Shown here piece by piece: positions 42,527 through 46,473 of a stretch of DNA of 46,473 nt. The stretch's first letter is position 1; every line of letters begins with the position of its first letter. Origin of the DNA: Gemmatimonadales bacterium (lineage in GTDB: Bacteria > Gemmatimonadota > Gemmatimonadetes > Gemmatimonadales > GWC2-71-9); assembly GCA_050732995.1 (NCBI GenBank), contig JBOHSA010000104.1, forward strand, positions 1-46,473. The letters run 5' to 3'. Below the pieces are notes generated by a model that was not told the origin of the DNA, searched no databases, and worked only from the letters and a program-made list of their open reading frames with translations. Made by a program: the position numbers and the translations under genes.

Positions 42527-43474
42527 GTGGTCACCGACCGAGACGTGCGGGAAGCCGCCGAGGGCCTTCGGGGCGTGGCGCTCCGGACCCCCCTGCTGCG
42601 CGTCGAGGCCCTGGGGGCGGGCACCTACCTCAAGCTCGAGAACCAGCAGCCGATCGGCGCCTTCAAGATCCGCGGGGCGTACAACGCGGTCCGCAAGCTC
42701 CCCGACGCCGCGCGCCGGCGCGGGGTGATCACTTACTCGAGCGGCAACCACGGCCAGGCCGTCGCGTACGCCGCCCGGCGGTTCGGGGTGCGGGCGGTGA
42801 TCGTGATGCCGGAGACGGCGCCGGCGGTGAAAATCGACGGGGTGCGGCGGTGGGGCGGCGAGGTGGTCATCGCCGGCCGGACCTCGGAGGATCGGCAGCG
42901 CCGGGCGGAGGAGCTCGCGGCGAGCGACGGGCTGGCCGTGGTGCCGCCCTTCGACCACCCCGACATCGTGGCGGGGCAGGCGACGGTGGGGCTCGAAATC
43001 GCCGAGCAGCTGCCCGACGTCGGCACGGTCGTGGTGCCGGTGGGCGGCGGCGGCCTGATCTCCGGCGTGGTGCAGGGACTCGCGACCGGCGGGAGCGGCG
43101 CCACGGTGTGGGGAGTCGAGCCGACGGGCGCGCCCAAGCTGCAGCGCTCCCTCGCGGCCGGCGCCCCGGTGCGCCTCGAGCGAACGGCCAGCATCGCCGA
43201 CGGCCTGATCACGCTCACGGTGGGCCGCGTGCCGTTCGAGGTGTTGCAGCGGCATCGCGCCCGCGTCGGCGGCGTGGTGCTGGTGGACGACGCGTGCCTC
43301 CGGGCGGCCGTGCAATTCCTCCATCGCACGTGCGGGCTGGCGGTCGAGCCGTCGGGCGCGGCGCCGACGGCCGCGCTCCAGAGCGGCGCGCTGCCGCCCG
43401 CGGACGATCACGGGCGCCCAACGGTGCTCGTCGTAAGCGGCGGCAACGTCGATCCGGCCCTGCTCGAGACCTGA
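42527..43474 (+). CDS. Threonine/serine ammonia-lyase (PLP-dependent dehydratase, short form)
   Basis: PLP-lysine motif FKIRGAYN, then SSGNHGQAVAYAA and the Gly loop VPVGGGGLISG. Length 315 aa. The GTG lies 1 nt after the gyrA stop. Confidence 0.85.
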   Translation: MVTDRDVREAAEGLRGVALRTPLLRVEALGAGTYLKLENQQPIGAFKIRGAYNAVRKLPDAARRRGVITYSSGNHGQAVAYAARRFGVRAVIVMPETAPAVKIDGVRRWGGEVVIAGRTSEDRQRRAEELAASDGLAVVPPFDHPDIVAGQATVGLEIAEQLPDVGTVVVPVGGGGLISGVVQGLATGGSGATVWGVEPTGAPKLQRSLAAGAPVRLERTASIADGLITLTVGRVPFEVLQRHRARVGGVVLVDDACLRAAVQFLHRTCGLAVEPSGAAPTAALQSGALPPADDHGRPTVLVVSGGNVDPALLET

Positions 43475-43480
43475 CGGCTC

Positions 43481-44926
43481 ATGCCCGCCCCCGCGACCAG
43501 CACCTCGAAGATTCTCGTCGCCGACGACGACCAATCGTTGGTGCGGACCCTCACGTGGATCCTGAAGGAGCACGGGTACGACGTGGTGGTCGCGCCCGGG
43601 GGGGAGGGGTTGCTCGCCATGGTCGAGGCGGAGCGGCCCCACCTCCTTCTGCTCGACATCATGATGCCCAAGGTCGACGGGCTCCAGCTGCTCGAGCGGC
43701 TCAAAGAGGACGAGCGGTTTCGGGACCTGCCGGTGCTGATGGTCTCCTCGATGCCCCCGGAGGACGCCACGGTGCGGGCGCTGGGCCTGGGCGCCGCGGA
43801 TTTCATCCCCAAGCCGTTCCGGGTGCGCGAGCTGCTCGCGCGGGTGGAGGCGCACCTGCGCGTGGGCCAGGCGCTGTCCCAGGCGCGGGAAGAGGCGCGC
43901 AGCCGGGCCGCCATGGTGGACATCCTCCACGAGGTCACCGACTCCCTCAAGCCCGACGAGATCTACCACATCCTGGCGCGCCGCGTGGCCCGCGTGCTGA
44001 ACATCTCCAAGTGCTCGATGGTGCTGGCGAAGCCCGGCGACCAGGTGGGCATCGTCGTCGCCGCCTACGAGAACCCGATGCTGCGCAACCTGCAGATCGA
44101 GCTGGACCGCTACCCCGAGATCCAGCAGGCGCTGTCCGCCGGCCGGCTCGTGCTGGTGGAGGACGTGCAGACCGACCCCTTGTACAACCAAGAGCGCGGG
44201 CGCTGGACGCGCGAGGGGATCAAGGTGCCGACCCGCTCGGCGGTGGCGGTGCCGTTCTCGATGAAAGACCGCCAGGTCGGCGTGTTCTTCCTGCGCACCA
44301 CCGGGGACGACCCGCCGCTCAAGCGCGCGGATGCGGCGTTCGCGGAAACGGTCATCAAGACCGCGGTCGCGGCGATCGAAAAGGCCTACGATTTCGAGAT
44401 CGCGGTCTCGGACAAGCAGCGGCTCGAGAAGCTCGCCGCCACCGACCCACTCACCGGGTGTCTGAACCGGCGCGGGCTGGCCGAGGCGCTGGAGCAGGAG
44501 CTCGACCGGGCGCGGCGCTACAACCTGGCGCTGACAATCCTGCTGGCGGACATCGACCGCTTCAAAATGATCAACGACACGCGCGGCCACATTGCGGGCG
44601 ACTCGGTTCTGCGGCAAGTTGGGGAGTTGATGCGCCGCGAGGCGCGGTCGGTCGACCTCGTGGCGCGCTACGGCGGCGAGGAGTTCGTGGTGGTGATGCC
44701 GGAGACCGCGCTGCACGGCGCGGCGATCTTCGCGGAACGGCTCCGACGGCGGATCGCGGCCCGCGACTTCGCGGATCCCGGGGAGGACCCGCTGCACATG
44801 ACCGTCAGCATCGGGCTGGCCTCCTTCCCCGACGACCGCGTGCAGAGCGCCGACGGTTTCGTCGCACTCGCCGACCAGGCGCTCTACCGGGCGAAGAACG
44901 AGGGCCGCAACCTGGTGCGCGAATGA
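43481..44926 (+). CDS. Response regulator receiver - GAF - GGDEF diguanylate cyclase
   Basis: REC domain (ILVADDD...LLLLDIMMPKVDG...PVLMVSS...DFIPKPF), a GAF-like middle domain, and a GGDEF domain with an intact active site (RYGGEEFVVVMPET) and DxLTG..NRR. Confidence 0.9.
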   Translation: MPAPATSTSKILVADDDQSLVRTLTWILKEHGYDVVVAPGGEGLLAMVEAERPHLLLLDIMMPKVDGLQLLERLKEDERFRDLPVLMVSSMPPEDATVRALGLGAADFIPKPFRVRELLARVEAHLRVGQALSQAREEARSRAAMVDILHEVTDSLKPDEIYHILARRVARVLNISKCSMVLAKPGDQVGIVVAAYENPMLRNLQIELDRYPEIQQALSAGRLVLVEDVQTDPLYNQERGRWTREGIKVPTRSAVAVPFSMKDRQVGVFFLRTTGDDPPLKRADAAFAETVIKTAVAAIEKAYDFEIAVSDKQRLEKLAATDPLTGCLNRRGLAEALEQELDRARRYNLALTILLADIDRFKMINDTRGHIAGDSVLRQVGELMRREARSVDLVARYGGEEFVVVMPETALHGAAIFAERLRRRIAARDFADPGEDPLHMTVSIGLASFPDDRVQSADGFVALADQALYRAKNEGRNLVRE

Positions 44927-46023
44927 GCCAACGCCGCTGCCCCAAGTGCGGGGCCGTCTACGCCGACACGGCCCGGTTCTGTCCCAAAGACGGCAATATG
45001 CTGGTCGAGGTGCAGGCCCGCCCGGCGCCCTCCACGCCGCCCTCCTCCTCCGCGACGCCCAAGTCGGGCAGCGGCACCGGGGTCCGCGTCCCCCCCACGC
45101 CCACTCGCCGGCCCGGCCTCGACCGCGCCTCGAGCCTCTCCAACCAGATCCTCGACGCCCGCTACCAGGTCCTCCAGAAGCTGGGCGAGGGCGGCATGTC
45201 CTACGTCTACCTCGCCAAGGAAATCGCGTCGGGCGAGACCGTGGCGATCAAGGTGCTGTCGCCCAAACTGGCGAGCGACAAGAGCTCGGTCGAACGCCTC
45301 CGCCGTGAGGCGGGGCTCGCCATGCGGCTCGACCACCCCAACGTGTGCCGCATCATGCGCCTGGGCGAGTCGGAAGACGGGCTCATCTATCTCGTCATGC
45401 CCTACCTGGAAGGGGAGCTGCTCTCGGACCGTGAGGTGAAGGGGGGGCCAATGGACCTCGCCACCGGGATCGGCATCCTCCAACAGGTGTGCGCCGGGCT
45501 GCAGCACGCCCACGAGCTGCAGATCGTCCACCGGGACCTGAAGCCCGAGAACATCATGCTCGTCCCGCAGGACGGCGGCCGCGATCGGGCGGTGGTGATG
45601 GACTTCGGGCTCGCCAAGGAGCGCCGTGCCGATCCGAGCATCGCCAAGCTCACCGCGACCGGCATCATCCTCGGCACTCCCGAGTTCATGAGCCCCGAGC
45701 AGATCCGCGGCCGCCAGCTCGACGCCCGCTCGGACGTCTACGCGGTCGGCATCGTCGCCTTCGAGATGTTCACGGGCAAGCTCCCCTTCCAGGGACGGAA
45801 TGCGCAGGAAATGATGATCGCCCGGCTGCGCGGCGCTCCCATCCCCCTGCGTCAGGCGCGGCCCGACCTGCCGGCGACGCTGGAGGCCGCGCTCGCGAAG
45901 GCGATGACCACGAACCCGGACGACCGCTACGGCACCGCCCTGGAGCTCGCGGCGGCCCTCACCGGGGAGCCGGGCGGCGGCGGCGGCGGCTTCTTCGGCA
46001 AGCTCAAGCAGAAGCTCACTTGA
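44923..46023 (+). CDS. Ser/Thr protein kinase (Hanks-type) with N-terminal zinc-ribbon
   Basis: The ATG at 44923 overlaps the GGDEF gene stop (ATGA). Zinc-ribbon CPKCG...CPKDG. Kinase motifs GEGGMSYVY, AIKVL, HRDLKPENIML, DFGLAK, GTPEFMSPEQ. This is the C-terminal 366 aa of a 1057-aa track ORF. Confidence 0.9.
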   Translation: MSQRRCPKCGAVYADTARFCPKDGNMLVEVQARPAPSTPPSSSATPKSGSGTGVRVPPTPTRRPGLDRASSLSNQILDARYQVLQKLGEGGMSYVYLAKEIASGETVAIKVLSPKLASDKSSVERLRREAGLAMRLDHPNVCRIMRLGESEDGLIYLVMPYLEGELLSDREVKGGPMDLATGIGILQQVCAGLQHAHELQIVHRDLKPENIMLVPQDGGRDRAVVMDFGLAKERRADPSIAKLTATGIILGTPEFMSPEQIRGRQLDARSDVYAVGIVAFEMFTGKLPFQGRNAQEMMIARLRGAPIPLRQARPDLPATLEAALAKAMTTNPDDRYGTALELAAALTGEPGGGGGGFFGKLKQKLT

Positions 46024-46027
46024 TGTC

Positions 46028-46473
46028 GTGATCGTCCACCTTGCCCTGCTCGTGGCCCAAGCGACGACGCCCGATTCCTCGGGCACCGCGTCGTTTTTGG
46101 CCTCGCTGCGCGCCCACCGCACCGACCCCGTCCCGTTCGTGCTCGAGGCCCTGCGACGCCACCGCGTCGTGTTCCTGGGCGACATCCATCCGGCGGCCGA
46201 GCCCAAGACCATCGTGGCGGCCGTGATCGCGGCCCAGGCCCCCACGGAGCTCGCCGCGCTCGCGCTGGAAGTGGGACAGACCAATCAGGCCGTCATCGAC
46301 CGCTATCTCGCCACCGAGCCCGAGGACACGACGATCCTGCTCGATCACCCGGTGACCCTCCGGGTGCAATGGGGTGCGTCGCGCGAGTACCTGGCGATCT
46401 ATCGCGCGGTGTGGCGCCGCAACCACGAGGGTGGGGAAGGGGGGGGCGGGGCGGGGGGGGGGGGGGGGGGGGG
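46028..46473 (+). CDS. Partial CDS (runs off the contig), possibly ChaN/Tiki-like
   Basis: The frame is open from the GTG at 46028 to the window end and is GC3-rich: VIVHLALLVAQATTPDSSG...RHRVVFLGDIHPAAEPK...AVIDRYL. The VVFLG(D/E)xH motif recalls ChaN-family proteins. It is not in the ORF track because it has no stop. The last roughly 40 nt are poly-G. Confidence 0.4.
   Translation, partial: MIVHLALLVAQATTPDSSGTASFLASLRAHRTDPVPFVLEALRRHRVVFLGDIHPAAEPKTIVAAVIAAQAPTELAALALEVGQTNQAVIDRYLATEPEDTTILLDHPVTLRVQWGASREYLAIYRAVWRRNHEGGEGGGGAGGGGGG
46431..46473 (+). repeat. Terminal G-rich tract ending in a G21 homopolymer at the contig edge
   Basis: GTGGGGAAGGGGGGGGCGGGGCG then G21 (46453-46473). 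The window ends inside the run. Confidence 0.9.

Noticed and set aside
42850-46023. 1057-aa ORF ending in the Ser/Thr kinase
   Set aside because: Only the C-terminal 366 aa (from MSQRRCPKCG at 44923) is kinase. The upstream part is off-frame over the dehydratase and GGDEF genes.
46016-46426. 136-aa minus-strand ORF at the right end
   Set aside because: It is antisense to a better + strand open frame (46028 to the end). That frame has high GC3, a plausible hydrophobic N-terminus and a VVFLGDIH motif. The minus ORF translation is Arg/Gly/Asp-rich low complexity.

Overview
This is a high-GC (about 70%) bacterial chromosomal window. Gene content fits a Gemmatimonadota/Acidobacteriota-like organism (CarboxypepD_reg/TonB-type outer-membrane protein, TPR-fused multihaem cytochrome, lipoproteins, frequent GTGA/ATGA start-stop overlaps), but taxonomy cannot be proven from the sequence alone. 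I support about 45 protein genes. I found no rRNA, tRNA or CRISPR, and no transposase, integrase or phage genes. Because of the GC content, many long ORFs in the six-frame track are antisense or out-of-frame shadows.

Gene order:
- 1-10.3 kb: OM receptor-like protein; SnoaL-like protein plus a Rieske/flavodoxin-like fusion; dihaem cytochrome c; octahaem lipoprotein cytochrome with TPR tail (probable CTG start); a 5'-truncated MFS transporter; a lipoprotein.
- 10.4-17.2 kb: EF-G paralogue; beta-propeller lipoprotein; then a minus-strand operon of two Ddl-like ATP-grasp ligases, a GNAT and a KamA-family aminomutase.
- 17.3-20.7 kb: thyX, a GlcD-like FAD oxidase and a DUF116 protein.
- 20.7-35.5 kb: a roughly 15-kb co-directional minus-strand array (DUF4440-like, two amidohydrolases, a selenocysteine-encoding selD split by the ORF track, tandem USP, rnhA, dCMP deaminase, barrel-amicyanin fusion, Zn-ribbon protein, LeuB-like dehydrogenase, thiolase, SPFH plus partner, hbd, DUF2231, lipoprotein).
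- 35.9-46.5 kb: a Lys/Arg-rich histone-like protein; a Big_2/PD40 protein; an MDR dehydrogenase; gyrA; threonine dehydratase; REC-GAF-GGDEF; a Zn-ribbon Ser/Thr kinase; a partial ChaN-like ORF.

Most interesting observations:
1. The KamA-GNAT-2xATP-grasp operon is a candidate pathway for an N-acylated beta-lysine peptide, and I do not know of a characterised equivalent.
2. A family of heptad-periodic GT-rich (sense strand CA-rich) elements occupies leaders and intercistronic spacers. It includes (GAYACCN)3-4 arrays abutting the start codons of thyX, the FAD oxidase and gyrA, and 30-nt copies that bracket the thyX module as inverted repeats.
3. G-rich/homopolymeric-G tracts recur at CDS termini, at one gene-truncation junction, inside the EF-G paralogue (G14) and at the contig end (G21). 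These are either real G4/slippage-prone elements or sequencing/assembly artefacts and need read-level checks.
4. selD carries an in-frame UGA(Sec) followed by SECIS-like hairpins.
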